Source: a virus
Taxonomy: Duplodnaviria > Caudoviricetes
Direction: 5' to 3' (one strand)
Length of the DNA stretch: 64,000 bases
IMG/VR virus record: IMGVR_UViG_3300021387_000147
In this document: in pieces, positions 1-10,532 of the stretch
How the letters are laid out: every line of letters starts with the position of its first letter
How positions within the stretch are numbered: position 1 is the stretch's first letter
Notes under the pieces: model-generated
What the model saw: only the letters and a program-made list of their open reading frames with translations
What the model was told of the DNA's origin: nothing
Databases searched by the model: none
Position numbers and translations under genes: made by a program

Positions 1-162
1 CGTCCTGGGAGGGGGCCCCTGGTAGGCCGGCAGGTTGTCATTATAGTTGACAATATGCGCTTATATTGTCATTGAAAATGTCATTATATAGTGTCAATAA
101 AAATGTCATAGGCCTGTGAACTTGTCACAAGACTATGACTAATGTTATGTCAATCTGTTATC

Positions 163-735
163 TTACTTATAGAGAACAGCGAGCTGAGAACCCTTTAGAT
201 AATCCTCATCATTGAGAGTGGAGGTAATGCGATACATAGTCTTACCATTCTTCATGAGGTGGGCTTCTCTGTTAATAACGAGCTTAGAGTTATTGAAGGT
301 GCCAGAGATAGTATCACCATTCTTGGTATAGTTATCTGGGTTCTTCTTCATATCCTTAGCGATTGCCTTGATAGCATTATTATCTTGCTTAATCTTCTTA
401 AAGACCTTATTGGACTGAAGATTGTATGCAATGGTATAGATAAACTTTTTCTTATAGATACCAAGGTTTACAGGCTTTTCAGACTTATCAGTTGGGTTAA
501 CACGATAGAGGATGTGATGGCAGTATTTCTTACCAGACTTGTTAACGCCATTAGTGATTTCAAGGCGATATAGACCAGATTTGCCGCCATCATCTACATT
601 AGTGATATTCCAAGATTCAGAAGTATCAGACTTGGTATGATTAGAGGTATTTCCTGCTTTAATAGAGGCAACAATGTTGCGAGCAAGAGATTCAACTGGG
701 TTCATAGTATTATCAATAAGATTAGAGTTATCCAT
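163..735 (-). CDS. hypothetical early protein
   Basis: 190-aa ORF with AGGA RBS, directly downstream of promoter at 775-806. Confidence 0.7.
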   Translation of the reverse strand: MDNSNLIDNTMNPVESLARNIVASIKAGNTSNHTKSDTSESWNITNVDDGGKSGLYRLEITNGVNKSGKKYCHHILYRVNPTDKSEKPVNLGIYKKKFIYTIAYNLQSNKVFKKIKQDNNAIKAIAKDMKKNPDNYTKNGDTISGTFNNSKLVINREAHLMKNGKTMYRITSTLNDEDYLKGSQLAVLYK

Positions 736-774
736 ATACGTTTTATTCCTTTTTTGTTAAAGTTTGTATAATTT

Positions 775-806
775 AATATAAGTTATTTAGGGTGCTCTGT
801 CAACCC
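775..806 (-). promoter_or_regulatory. sigma70-type early promoter
   Basis: GGGTTGACA-17 bp-TATATT on minus strand. Confidence 0.8.
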
Positions 807-844
807 TGTTTAGTAAAATATATGACAAAAGAGCCAAATAACCT

Positions 845-1909
845 TTAATCTGTCATAGAAGACAGGTCGAAAAGGTTAATTAGGCAAGTAATGAATTTGT
901 ATGCACTATCTTTATCCTTAAAATTCTGGGCTCTTTTTAAAAATAGGGAAGAAACCTTGAATGTATTTTTCTTAGGATTTATATCAATATGAATGCTATA
1001 TTTGAATGATTCAGATTTAGCGAGATAATGCTGTAAATTGTTATTATTCTTAGAGGCTGTGACAGTCCATTCATATTTGGTTTTGATACCAGTGAATAGA
1101 TTTTGAATATCAGCCATATAAGAGATTTTATTAAGCTTATTCTTAGCTAATTGTTTTCTTTGGACTTTTTGACTAGCTAAAATATCTTTACAGCGATAAT
1201 TAGCTAATTCCATAATACAATTAATAATGTTCTGACCAGTAATAGGTTTATTACCACAACGTTTAGTCACTCTCTTATAGAAACAATGTGCTATCTGATT
1301 CCTATAGATAATGTAATTCATTACTTTATCTTTATCAATTATGGACTTATCTTTAGAATCCAAATATCTATCATCTAGACGAATTACTGGCATTTCTTTT
1401 AGAAGATAAGGCATAATATCAGCAACAGTTTTTGCATTGTCGAGATAATGATTGGCATAATCAACATTTTGCATATTATTAAGAGAATATTCTGGGTGAT
1501 TAGTATCAACTAGAGCATATTCATTAGGCTTAATATCACATCCATATTTTGTTTTAACAGTTGCTGACAAAAAATCATAATCAGATAGATTATAAATCCA
1601 TGGTTCTGCAAAAATACCACCTACTTTATGATCATTATGCACATATTCATATTGACCGTTAATATCTTTAATGATATAAGTCAGAGGCCAATTATGTTTA
1701 GGAAATACAATAAAAACAGCATTACCGAGATCATCAGTACCAATTCGATTAAAATCAAATGAGAGCTTTTTACCTAAATCTGAATAGGTCCAAGTCATTG
1801 CATCTGATACTTCTTCGATAAGCTTTTTAATATGTTGTATTTCTTTAAGCATAATAAAACCAATTAAAATAAAAAACAATATAAAAGAATGGAGGTTCTG
1901 TTCCTCCAT
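845..1909 (-). CDS. hypothetical protein (true start possibly MLKEIQ)
   Basis: 354-aa ORF, no recognisable motif. Confidence 0.65.
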   Translation of the reverse strand: MEEQNLHSFILFFILIGFIMLKEIQHIKKLIEEVSDAMTWTYSDLGKKLSFDFNRIGTDDLGNAVFIVFPKHNWPLTYIIKDINGQYEYVHNDHKVGGIFAEPWIYNLSDYDFLSATVKTKYGCDIKPNEYALVDTNHPEYSLNNMQNVDYANHYLDNAKTVADIMPYLLKEMPVIRLDDRYLDSKDKSIIDKDKVMNYIIYRNQIAHCFYKRVTKRCGNKPITGQNIINCIMELANYRCKDILASQKVQRKQLAKNKLNKISYMADIQNLFTGIKTKYEWTVTASKNNNNLQHYLAKSESFKYSIHIDINPKKNTFKVSSLFLKRAQNFKDKDSAYKFITCLINLFDLSSMTD

Positions 1910-1929
1910 TCTTCCGAATTCCGAGTCGA

Positions 1930-3123
1930 TTAGACGTCGTCTTCCAAGGTTGCCTTGGTGTAGAGGTCATCGAACTTCTTCTTGTAGCTCTTGTCTACAC
2001 TCTGGATAATAGAGACCCAACGGTCACCGTTAGCCGAAGCAGTAAGAACAATATCATTGACTACAGAAATCTGAACTTCAGGAGTCAGGCTTTCCATGAT
2101 AGCCAAGAAGTTATCAGCGTAAGTCTTCAGCATGACCTTGTCAGAAGCCTTAGACTTCACCAATTCAGGTTCAACCTGCTTCATGTGGAGTTCAACACCC
2201 TTCATGAACTTAATTGCATCCGGAGTATCAGTCTTGGACAGTTCCATCAGCTTCTTAGTCCATTCCTTCTTGAAAGTCTTTGCACTCAGCATTTCCTTAG
2301 GATTGAGAGTGCTCTTTTCCATGAAGAAGCGCTTAAAGTCAAGTGCGATAGAAGCACCAACAATACCACTTGCCACGTCAACCAAGAACTTCACACCTTC
2401 AGCGCCTTCGAAGGCACCAGTCTTTTCACCTTCCTTGATAGTCTTATCAAGGTGCACCCAAGAACGGGGAGAAGGAAGAACATGAATGCCAGCGGCACCA
2501 TTAGTAGTCTTCACCAATTCCTTATTATCATAAGGACAAAGATTAGACGGGAACTGCGTAATATAGCGAATAATACGTTCATCAACGTCATGTTCGGCAG
2601 CCCACTTACACCATTCTTCCGGATCAGAAGTCACTTCATAGATACCGAAACGGTCAAGCTGAGCATCATCCATACGACCCACATCATAAGTACCATCCTT
2701 TTCCGGATTGATACATGCAATAATACGAGAGCCTTCAGGCAATTCCATACTATCATAAGTCTGGTCATTCGTCAACTGCATAACTGCATTCAATGCAACC
2801 GACAGACCACGGTTAATTTCATCCAAAAGAAGACAAACAGGCTCATTGTTAATCATCCACGCAGGAGGAGCAAACTTCGTAGTCCTTTCAGTGTGCTTCA
2901 CACCATTTTCATCTTCAACAGTCCATTCAAACAAATAAGGCAGACCCGTAATATCGCCAGCGTCAGCGGCGTGAGATGCATGCCATACAACGAGCTTCAA
3001 GCCCTTCTGCTTTGCCCAAGCCTTGACGAATTCCGTCTTTCCAATTCCATGCGTACCCTGGAGCATGATAGAGAGTTTCGGGTCAACAACATCGAGCAAC
3101 TTTGCAATCTGAGAAAACTTCAT
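1930..3123 (-). CDS. MoxR-like AAA+ ATPase
   Basis: Walker A GTHGIGKT, Walker B LLLDEINR, ACINP sensor I, DDAQLDRF arginine finger, SPRSW sensor II. Confidence 0.9.
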   Translation of the reverse strand: MKFSQIAKLLDVVDPKLSIMLQGTHGIGKTEFVKAWAKQKGLKLVVWHASHAADAGDITGLPYLFEWTVEDENGVKHTERTTKFAPPAWMINNEPVCLLLDEINRGLSVALNAVMQLTNDQTYDSMELPEGSRIIACINPEKDGTYDVGRMDDAQLDRFGIYEVTSDPEEWCKWAAEHDVDERIIRYITQFPSNLCPYDNKELVKTTNGAAGIHVLPSPRSWVHLDKTIKEGEKTGAFEGAEGVKFLVDVASGIVGASIALDFKRFFMEKSTLNPKEMLSAKTFKKEWTKKLMELSKTDTPDAIKFMKGVELHMKQVEPELVKSKASDKVMLKTYADNFLAIMESLTPEVQISVVNDIVLTASANGDRWVSIIQSVDKSYKKKFDDLYTKATLEDDV

Positions 3124-3245
3124 AAGTTTTTCTATCCTTTTTTATGTTTCACTTCAAACTGGCCAAAGCCAGCATAACCATTACCTAGACCCACCTGGCC
3201 CAGGTTTTTCTTAAGAAGCATCAGCCTCTTAAATTTTACAAGTAT

Positions 3246-3302
3246 AATATAAGTATTTTCATGGCTCCTGTAAACCCCATTTTTTGTAAAATGTTTTTTA
3301 CA
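3246..3302 (-). promoter_or_regulatory. early promoter with upstream TGTAAA-N6-TTTACA box
   Basis: GGGTTTACA-17-TATATT; palindrome at 3285-3302. Confidence 0.8.
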
Positions 3303-3327
3303 TTACTATATTCTACTCGGGCCTATA

Positions 3328-3378
3328 TGTTTAACAATGTTTACAATAATGTTCCTACAATGTTTAACAAAGTTTACA
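3328..3378. repeat. five degenerate TGTTT(A)ACA repeats at ~10-12 bp period
   Basis: tgtttaaca/tgtttaca/tgttcctaca/tgtttaaca/agtttaca. Confidence 0.6.
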
Positions 3379-4108
3379 ACGAGCTTCACATGTGATAGCA
3401 TGCTCTCCAAGCTGGTCCAAATATGGATTTTTCATTGTTATCTGCCTACCGAGGGATTTTCCCTCAGTAAGCGGTTAACAATGCTTTCTCCAAACATTTA
3501 ACACGTGATCACCACGGACCACAGCTAGTCTAAACTGCACCCTTCCAGGCGCACCTTCTATGCTGAAATGCCAAGCCCCGAGCCACAGCAAGGAAAGCTG
3601 TTTTCTCGGGCCGAATCCAGGTCATAAGTTTATCTGGAATTGCGCCATTCCAAATTGAATTCATATCTTTTTTATCATATCCAGCCCCGAGCGAAAGAGG
3701 CAAACATATTGCTCGGAACCTTCACCCTTCCCCCGAGTAAATGGTTATTAATATAATTATATTGGACTCGGGGCCTCCAGGTGTAGTCCTGGTCTGGGTG
3801 GCATCCCCAGATAATATATTTTATATTATTAATAATTTTTTCTCGATAAAAAATTTTTCTGTGCGCGGTGATCCTTCAGTTTAACAGTCATTCATTTGTT
3901 AGCATAGATTTATGAGAGTCGATTCGTAGCATAGAACCTTTGAATAAGCGTATAAAAAAGAATTTGTAGCATAAACCTTTTGAAATCATCATAAATAATA
4001 AAGATTAACACATACATTGCCTTAGGGCCTATATTATATTAACAACATGCGAACAGAATTTTTTGAGATTGTTCGCTAAATGTTAATAAATGGAAAGGAT
4101 GATAAAAG

Positions 4109-4603
4109 ATGAATTTGAGAGAAGCAAAAAGAGAACTATCTGAGCATGGATATATTGTTAGACCAATATTGAATGAATGTTATGATAATAGTATTCAATA
4201 TGGATGTGGTGGATATGTTAGACCAGAACCTAAGAGAGAATATCATTATAAGACAGATGATGAATTGACTCCTGAACAATTAGCTAAAAGACAGGAAAGA
4301 CGTAGAATAAAGGCAGAGCATGATAAGATTAGAGATGACTTTGCTAAGAAAATTGAAGCTAAAATGGATGATTTAGGATTTAAGAATTCTAAAGGTGTAG
4401 CTAGTGGAGCATTGGATAGTTTAGAGGGTAGAGCATATACAAAGTTAAAGAGTGGAGTTAATTTGACTATATACTTTACACATGATTTAAAGCCATATAC
4501 ATTTGAATATGGACGATATGATGCGCCTGATATAATAGAGTTATTAAAGGCTGATGATTTTGATACATTAAAGAAAGTCGTTAAGATTATAAGGGGTAAA
4601 TAA
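4109..4603 (+). CDS. putative internal head protein, LxEAK..GY leader family
   Basis: N-terminus MNLREAKRELSEHGYIV. Confidence 0.7.
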   Translation: MNLREAKRELSEHGYIVRPILNECYDNSIQYGCGGYVRPEPKREYHYKTDDELTPEQLAKRQERRRIKAEHDKIRDDFAKKIEAKMDDLGFKNSKGVASGALDSLEGRAYTKLKSGVNLTIYFTHDLKPYTFEYGRYDAPDIIELLKADDFDTLKKVVKIIRGK

Positions 4604-4604
4604 A

Positions 4605-4871
4605 ATGAATTTAAATGAAGCAAAAGAGATACTTGAGAATGCAGGATATTTAGTAGAAGATACTTATACAGAAGATGAATTTGTAAGAGATACTATTACT
4701 AAATTTGTTAATAGCATTAAATATAGAGAAAGAAATAAAGCACTTATACATGATCCTAAAACAAAAACTGCTATTGAAAATTTTATTAGAGATTATTATA
4801 ATTCAATGCCAAGTATAGATGATTGTATATACAAATTATATGATGTTATAAATGCTAATAATTTAGTTTAA
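4605..4871 (+). CDS. putative internal head protein, LxEAK..GY leader family
   Basis: MNLNEAKEILENAGYLVE. Confidence 0.7.
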   Translation: MNLNEAKEILENAGYLVEDTYTEDEFVRDTITKFVNSIKYRERNKALIHDPKTKTAIENFIRDYYNSMPSIDDCIYKLYDVINANNLV

Positions 4872-4884
4872 ATGAGGATTTATT

Positions 4885-5994
4885 ATGCAATTAGATGAAG
4901 CAAAAAAGTTATTAGAAGAAAACGGATATATCATTGATGAAGGTATATTTGATAGTATTAAAAATAAGTTCTTTAAGAAGAAAGAAGATACTACAGAAGT
5001 CAAACCTGCTAGTAAGAAGTTATACGATGATCAGATAGAAAAGACTTCTCAGCAGGCATATAATCATACAACAGAAAGTATGAGTACATTAAAACAGATA
5101 GCAACTAATTTTAATGGAAAGAATGCTGGTCAGCTTAAAGAGTTGTGGTCAGGATTGAGTAAGTTATTGAATAAGCATGGTATGTCTGTAAAGAATCATG
5201 ATTACTATTTAGGTATAACAAACGATAATACGAAATTCTCCGTTTGGGCTTATATTGCAAATCGAGAAAAAGATTGGACTGATATAAAGGTTATTGGTAC
5301 AGTCAAGGCAAATATATTTGAATATAAGTATACTACAAATTATGATTTAGATGATAGTTCATTAAAAGGTCAGGCAGACGATTTAAATGAATGGTTAACT
5401 GAGCTTGATTCTATTGCATTGAAATTATTTAAGGGTATATCTCGTGAAGAATGGGAAGAAGGTGCACATCAGAATGAGAGTGTTAATAAAGCAATTAAGT
5501 TATTAGAATCTGTTGGTTATATTGTTGAAGATACTGATGATTGGGACGACGCTGACCGTCCTGCTGGAATGTCACTTGCTTCATGGCGGCGTGCTGCTGA
5601 TAATCGTGATTGGACACGCGATGATCTTGAAGCAAAAAGAGCTCATGCTGGTATATGGGCAATTAAGTTAACAGTTTCAACAGATGCATACGATGAAGAA
5701 AAAGACGAATATGTTGATGACTATACATTAGGTTATCTAAGACCTGATGGAACAGTAGCTAAAACATATACTAATGACTGTATGTTAAATTATCGTCAAT
5801 GTCAAGACTTAATAGACAAATATGCAAGATATAAAGACGGACCAGCTAAGCCTGGATTTGAAAAGGCATTGAAACAGAAATTCAAGATTAAGGATAAACA
5901 GGCAACTATATTCTTATCACCAGGAACAATAAAACGTGGTAAATTCCATTTGTTTAATTTGGAAGATGATGTATATGAAACAGAAGAAGTATAA
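4885..5994 (+). CDS. putative internal head protein with two leader-like modules
   Basis: MQLDEAKKLLEENGYIIDE and internal KAIKLLESVGYIVE. Confidence 0.7.
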   Translation: MQLDEAKKLLEENGYIIDEGIFDSIKNKFFKKKEDTTEVKPASKKLYDDQIEKTSQQAYNHTTESMSTLKQIATNFNGKNAGQLKELWSGLSKLLNKHGMSVKNHDYYLGITNDNTKFSVWAYIANREKDWTDIKVIGTVKANIFEYKYTTNYDLDDSSLKGQADDLNEWLTELDSIALKLFKGISREEWEEGAHQNESVNKAIKLLESVGYIVEDTDDWDDADRPAGMSLASWRRAADNRDWTRDDLEAKRAHAGIWAIKLTVSTDAYDEEKDEYVDDYTLGYLRPDGTVAKTYTNDCMLNYRQCQDLIDKYARYKDGPAKPGFEKALKQKFKIKDKQATIFLSPGTIKRGKFHLFNLEDDVYETEEV

Positions 5995-6004
5995 GGAGTA
6001 AGAA

Positions 6005-6451
6005 ATGCAATTAGATGAAGCTAAGAAAGTATTAGAAGATCATGGATATTTGTTAGAGAGTGCAGATTATTCAGTTAACATGGATAAATTGAATAGAAAG
6101 ATTAAAGAAATGCAGGTTGATGCTAATATCTTGGAACGAGTAGGAACTATGGTGTCTGCATTCTTTGATAGAGAATATGATGGAATGCAGTGTAAGTGTG
6201 TTATTGATGAAAATGATGAAGATCATAATTGGTATCTAAAAATAATGACAGATGCAGATCTTCGTTCAGCTATGATATTTGAGATTAGTATTAGTGATTA
6301 TAACGATAAAACGTTATGGATTGAATACGACATCTTTGGTAAGGAAGGTGGAATTGAGGCTCAGTATAGTGATGCTAAATATGCTGATTTAATGAAGACT
6401 AAAGGTAGTTATTTAAAGGTTATTGATGATTTAATTAAAGAAGGAGAATAA
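6005..6451 (+). CDS. putative internal head protein, LxEAK..GY leader family
   Basis: MQLDEAKKVLEDHGYLLE, AGGAG RBS. Confidence 0.7.
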   Translation: MQLDEAKKVLEDHGYLLESADYSVNMDKLNRKIKEMQVDANILERVGTMVSAFFDREYDGMQCKCVIDENDEDHNWYLKIMTDADLRSAMIFEISISDYNDKTLWIEYDIFGKEGGIEAQYSDAKYADLMKTKGSYLKVIDDLIKEGE

Positions 6452-6551
6452 GCAAATTTAAATAGCATAATTTATATAAATATTCAGATATAAAAACAAA
6501 GGATATAACAATTAAGTTATATCCTTATAATTGTTTAGAAAGGAGAGAAAT

Positions 6552-6875
6552 ATGAGAGATGTAGAACAAGTAATGAGATTTTATCTTATTAGTAAAAGAA
6601 TAAATTGTAGAACGATTAAAAGCTTAATGGATAAACCTGAATGGAGTCCATTATTGAAATTATGTGTTGAACGATTAAAGACATATAAAGATTTTGGTAT
6701 TAAACGTTGCAAAGAAATAAAGAAAGAGATTAAGGCTAATAAGTTTCGATTCAAATACAATCCATTTGATTTAATGAGTACAGGTGAAGAAGAATTGCCT
6801 CGTGGAACGATGATTGATTGGTTTGAAATGTTAGAAGTCGTTACTGAAATAGAAAATTATCTTAAGAATATATGA
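6552..6875 (+). CDS. hypothetical protein
   Basis: ATG at 6552 after AGGAG; TATAAATA at 6475. Confidence 0.6.
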   Translation: MRDVEQVMRFYLISKRINCRTIKSLMDKPEWSPLLKLCVERLKTYKDFGIKRCKEIKKEIKANKFRFKYNPFDLMSTGEEELPRGTMIDWFEMLEVVTEIENYLKNI

Positions 6876-6907
6876 AAAGAGAGAGTCGTGTAAGGCTCTC
6901 TCTTTTG
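6875..6907. terminator. bidirectional intrinsic terminator
   Basis: AAAAGAGAGAG-loop-CTCTCTCTTTT between convergent genes. Confidence 0.75.
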
Positions 6908-6926
6908 CATGGCATGCAGGATAATC

Positions 6927-7658
6927 TTAGAACTGGAGGAAATTCTTCTGAAAATCAGAGACAAATACATTTCTATCTGGGATCTTTACAGACGAATGCA
7001 GATTTCCACCAGAAGCATTACGAATACGATACTTATATTTACCAGAGTCGTATACGTTTACAATTACTGTCAATACATTTCCAGATTTAGATTTGTATTG
7101 AGCGGCTTTAAGAACGACTTCATCAGGGTTCTTATATCCAAATGGATTTTCAACTTCTTCAAAATCATATCCATTAAAGAGGTCGTCGAGGATATTAAGA
7201 TTTTCAATAAGAAGTTTACGGACCTTGGCATCATATTGCTTCTTTTCAGCAACACACTTCTTAAAGTTAAGGTCTGATTCCTGACGAATGAAATTCAGAT
7301 AAAGTTCGAATTCTGTGGTAAACTGATTAGCCAGTTCATCAGGAATGTTCTCAAAATCAAAGTTATTAGTAATGCATTCCAAATCATCCATGTGGTCCTT
7401 AGGATTTGTTTCAAAATCCAAAGCCTTATCTTCTGGGCAAGAATACACATCAGTAATGAGTGGAAGATAAATTAATTCATATTTGCTATCACGGCCAGTC
7501 GTGTAATTGATTTCAACATAAAGTCTGTCTTTAACGTCGTAGTTAGAGTTAATGACGAGAATATATGTATCAACGACGAGGTTATGAGTAAAATGGAGCA
7601 CATTGAAGCCCATTTGATGGAAGTAATTTTCAAGGTCATCGAGAGTATGAAAAATCAT
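6927..7658 (-). CDS. hypothetical protein
   Basis: 243-aa ORF translationally coupled to upstream gene. Confidence 0.7.
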   Translation of the reverse strand: MIFHTLDDLENYFHQMGFNVLHFTHNLVVDTYILVINSNYDVKDRLYVEINYTTGRDSKYELIYLPLITDVYSCPEDKALDFETNPKDHMDDLECITNNFDFENIPDELANQFTTEFELYLNFIRQESDLNFKKCVAEKKQYDAKVRKLLIENLNILDDLFNGYDFEEVENPFGYKNPDEVVLKAAQYKSKSGNVLTVIVNVYDSGKYKYRIRNASGGNLHSSVKIPDRNVFVSDFQKNFLQF

Positions 7659-8449
7659 TATAGTGCTCCTAAGATAGTAGAAATTTCAGTTTGAGCTGCG
7701 GCATCGATAGTATAATTAAACTTCATATTACCGATTTCAGCGAATTTAGTCACCGTATCAAGATATGCTTCACGAGCAGGCTTAATTACTTCAACGCATT
7801 TATCCATAGCGGGATTGAATACTTCTTCAGTCCACTTTACTACGTCTTCCTGCTTTGCCTTCGTATTCTTGAAGAATTCCATTTTCTTATTGAAAATATC
7901 TTCAGACGGCTTTTTAATGTAAGTCTGATAATCTTCAGACTCAGCAAGATAATTGCTCATGTTGGTCAAATTGACCTTCAAAATCGCTTCAGCAATATCC
8001 ATATTGTATCGCTGATTGTAGACAAGAGAACGCCAACCTGCTTCATATTCAATATATTTACGATATTTCATATCCATGAAGTCTTTAGAATTCATAGAAA
8101 TATCTTCCATTCCACGAAGCGGTTTGGCCATATAGTGACCCTTATCAACTATCATGTGAAGGAAGTGAGATGCTTCATGGACAAAGATAGCGAATTCTTT
8201 ATCAGACGGGAAAGAAATAGTGTTATTTACTTCGTCATAAGTCGCAGTGCCTTCAGGCAGAACGATACGAGCGACGAGATTCTTTTCGGTGAAATATCCA
8301 CCAGCACCTTCAAGTTTCTTTCCAATAACAAATACACCAAATTGCTGTTCGTCCAGCTTTTCCATCACATGGGTGAAGAACTGGCATTGACCAGAATTTG
8401 TTGATACCAATTTAGTTGCAGCGCAATCAGTGTGCAGTTTTACAGCCAT
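7658..8449 (-). CDS. putative zinc metallopeptidase
   Basis: HEASH (HExxH) with downstream EYEA glutamate. Confidence 0.6.
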   Translation of the reverse strand: MAVKLHTDCAATKLVSTNSGQCQFFTHVMEKLDEQQFGVFVIGKKLEGAGGYFTEKNLVARIVLPEGTATYDEVNNTISFPSDKEFAIFVHEASHFLHMIVDKGHYMAKPLRGMEDISMNSKDFMDMKYRKYIEYEAGWRSLVYNQRYNMDIAEAILKVNLTNMSNYLAESEDYQTYIKKPSEDIFNKKMEFFKNTKAKQEDVVKWTEEVFNPAMDKCVEVIKPAREAYLDTVTKFAEIGNMKFNYTIDAAAQTEISTILGAL

Positions 8450-8452
8450 AAA

Positions 8453-8695
8453 TTATCCTTCTCGTTCAACGACGTCTTTAAATGTTTCACATGCCTGAAT
8501 AGGAAGTTTGTTTCCACAATGCGGACAGAAGAGCCAAGGGAGTTCTTCGTCGACATGACCAGTATCGTCAGAAATGGCGATAGTGCATTTAGTCAAATCG
8601 GAAGTAATAGTTGCACTTCTGTTTGTATCTGACCAATATCCGCCAATCGTAATAGGCGATTTTCTTGAAATTTTATGTTCACAAACTTTACACAT
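8453..8695 (-). CDS. small zinc-ribbon protein
   Basis: CKVC ... CPHCG. Confidence 0.6.
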   Translation of the reverse strand: MCKVCEHKISRKSPITIGGYWSDTNRSATITSDLTKCTIAISDDTGHVDEELPWLFCPHCGNKLPIQACETFKDVVEREG

Positions 8696-8698
8696 AAA

Positions 8699-8974
8699 TT
8701 AACCTACCTGACGATCAGTGCATTCCACATCTTCGTCAATTTTCATAATATCAATATTCTTCTTTTTGAGGTTTTCAGCAGAATTGTTTACATTGGTATA
8801 ACCAATATAGTCGAGCATTTCAAAACATTCGTTCGACTTGAAGTAATAGCAATCACCCCAATCGGGCTCATATACTTCCAAATACCAATTCTTGGAAGTT
8901 GTATCATAATAGAGACTTGAATTCTCTACCTTAATAGCTGACTTAACCCAACCAGAAATGTTCAATTCAATCAT
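8699..8974 (-). CDS. hypothetical protein
   Basis: MIELNIS start after GAGG RBS, first gene after promoter. Confidence 0.6.
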   Translation of the reverse strand: MIELNISGWVKSAIKVENSSLYYDTTSKNWYLEVYEPDWGDCYYFKSNECFEMLDYIGYTNVNNSAENLKKKNIDIMKIDEDVECTDRQVG

Positions 8975-8997
8975 ATTAACCTCTTTTTTACATGTAA

Positions 8998-9054
8998 ATA
9001 ATAGCATTTTTTGGACCTTTTGTCAACCCTGTTTTATGTAAAAAGTTGTTTACA
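8998..9054 (-). promoter_or_regulatory. early promoter with upstream box
   Basis: GGGTTGACA-17-TATTAT; TGTAAA-N6-TTTACA at 9037-9054. Confidence 0.8.
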
Positions 9055-9242
9055 ATAATATGATGAAACGGAGCGCTTCTGGGGCATTCTGGGCAAAATC
9101 CATATAGTTGTTAGGGCCCAAATGAAAAAAGCGCCCAGAGAGCGCTTTCTGATTAAGAGGATAACTATTTAAGTTCTTTTTAGGCTGTGCCTGGACGATA
9201 GGAATTGTAAACTTTAGTTTACGTAAACAGAAATTTACAATA

Positions 9243-9539
9243 TTATTTAATTTCTTCGTTTTCGGCAATCTTTTTAATTTGTAGTTCTTTTACGATTTTA
9301 TTGACTACACCTGGATTTACCTTTTCAGCTATATTCCAATCTACACAAACTGCATCTTTGAAAGTTGCTACTTCCTTTGGATATTCTTTATTTAATTCAA
9401 ACATTGCATCACGATATGAGTCAGTATTGATAATTCGCTTATTGATCACATCGTAAAGCGTTTGTGTTTCCAATCGACCTAAATTCTTCAATTCTTCAAA
9501 AATTCTATGAAAATGATTTACATTTACTTCTTCTGGCAT
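9243..9539 (-). CDS. hypothetical protein
   Basis: likely start MPEEVN after AAGGA. Confidence 0.55.
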   Translation of the reverse strand: MPEEVNVNHFHRIFEELKNLGRLETQTLYDVINKRIINTDSYRDAMFELNKEYPKEVATFKDAVCVDWNIAEKVNPGVVNKIVKELQIKKIAENEEIK

Positions 9540-9604
9540 ATTATTTCCTTTTATTAAGTGTGGTGATCCTGTTAGTGGTGATACTCTTAGTATACTTTTA
9601 TGAA

Positions 9605-9820
9605 TTATGAACTTAGACATTCATCTCCACATTCTGGACAATGATAACTATGCATATATTCCTGCAATCCAGTCTGACGTGATGGAGCAAGATGGACAGG
9701 AACTCTGAAATGACAACCGCAATTAGTGCATACAAATGTAATCTTACGAGAAGATCTTAATACTTCTACAGCACCGCCTGGTCCTGTTCGATAAATGACT
9801 TGTTCTTCATCTTTGTTCAT
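9605..9820 (-). CDS. small zinc-finger protein
   Basis: CTNC ... CPECG. Confidence 0.6.
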   Translation of the reverse strand: MNKDEEQVIYRTGPGGAVEVLRSSRKITFVCTNCGCHFRVPVHLAPSRQTGLQEYMHSYHCPECGDECLSS

Positions 9821-10026
9821 TAGTCACAATCCTTATTGATTTCATACTTTGGCTTAGGTTCATCTGGACGAGTGACTAATTCAACCTTAACAGCATCTGG
9901 CTTTACAGGTTCTTTGGTCAATCCAAGAAGGCAAATGGCCTTCAATTCATCATATTGTTCATCAGTACAATTATCAGGGACTTCGAATTCACGAGTTGCC
10001 GTGTAAGTAATCTTAAACTTCTTCAT
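9820..10026 (-). CDS. hypothetical protein
   Basis: coupled small ORF with GGAG RBS. Confidence 0.6.
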   Translation of the reverse strand: MKKFKITYTATREFEVPDNCTDEQYDELKAICLLGLTKEPVKPDAVKVELVTRPDEPKPKYEINKDCD

Positions 10027-10028
10027 AG

Positions 10029-10532
10029 TTATTCTCCTTCGGTATTCTTACCGATATTCATTATTTTAGTTAATTTCTCAAATCGTTTCATGTACCGAAT
10101 AAACGACTGAGCTTGATTTAAAAACTTATCTATTTTGTCAAATATGATTTCATCTGAAAAATCTGTATCATGTGTATATTCCAAATAATCAAATGGCATT
10201 CTGCCTGATTTCAAACGTTTACACATCTTAATCAGTGAAAATTTATTATCCAAAAACTGTGCTTCATCAGTCATATTATGAAATTGTAAATGCCATTTAG
10301 ATAATTCATCATTAGTTCTCTTAAAATCAGTTTCACTAAATGACAATTTCAAATTAAAACCATCTTCGAATATATCATAATAACCAATGATTTCATCATT
10401 CTTTTTAAGATAATCTTCTATGAGCTTCATATCAAATTCAACTTTGAATGATGCTACGATAGAAAGACGTGTTAAGAATTTATACTCAACACCTCTTTCA
10501 TCTAGAAAATTTGTCACATCAACGATATTCAT
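10029..10532 (-). CDS. hypothetical protein
   Basis: 167-aa ORF coupled to the VWA gene. Confidence 0.65.
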   Translation of the reverse strand: MNIVDVTNFLDERGVEYKFLTRLSIVASFKVEFDMKLIEDYLKKNDEIIGYYDIFEDGFNLKLSFSETDFKRTNDELSKWHLQFHNMTDEAQFLDNKFSLIKMCKRLKSGRMPFDYLEYTHDTDFSDEIIFDKIDKFLNQAQSFIRYMKRFEKLTKIMNIGKNTEGE

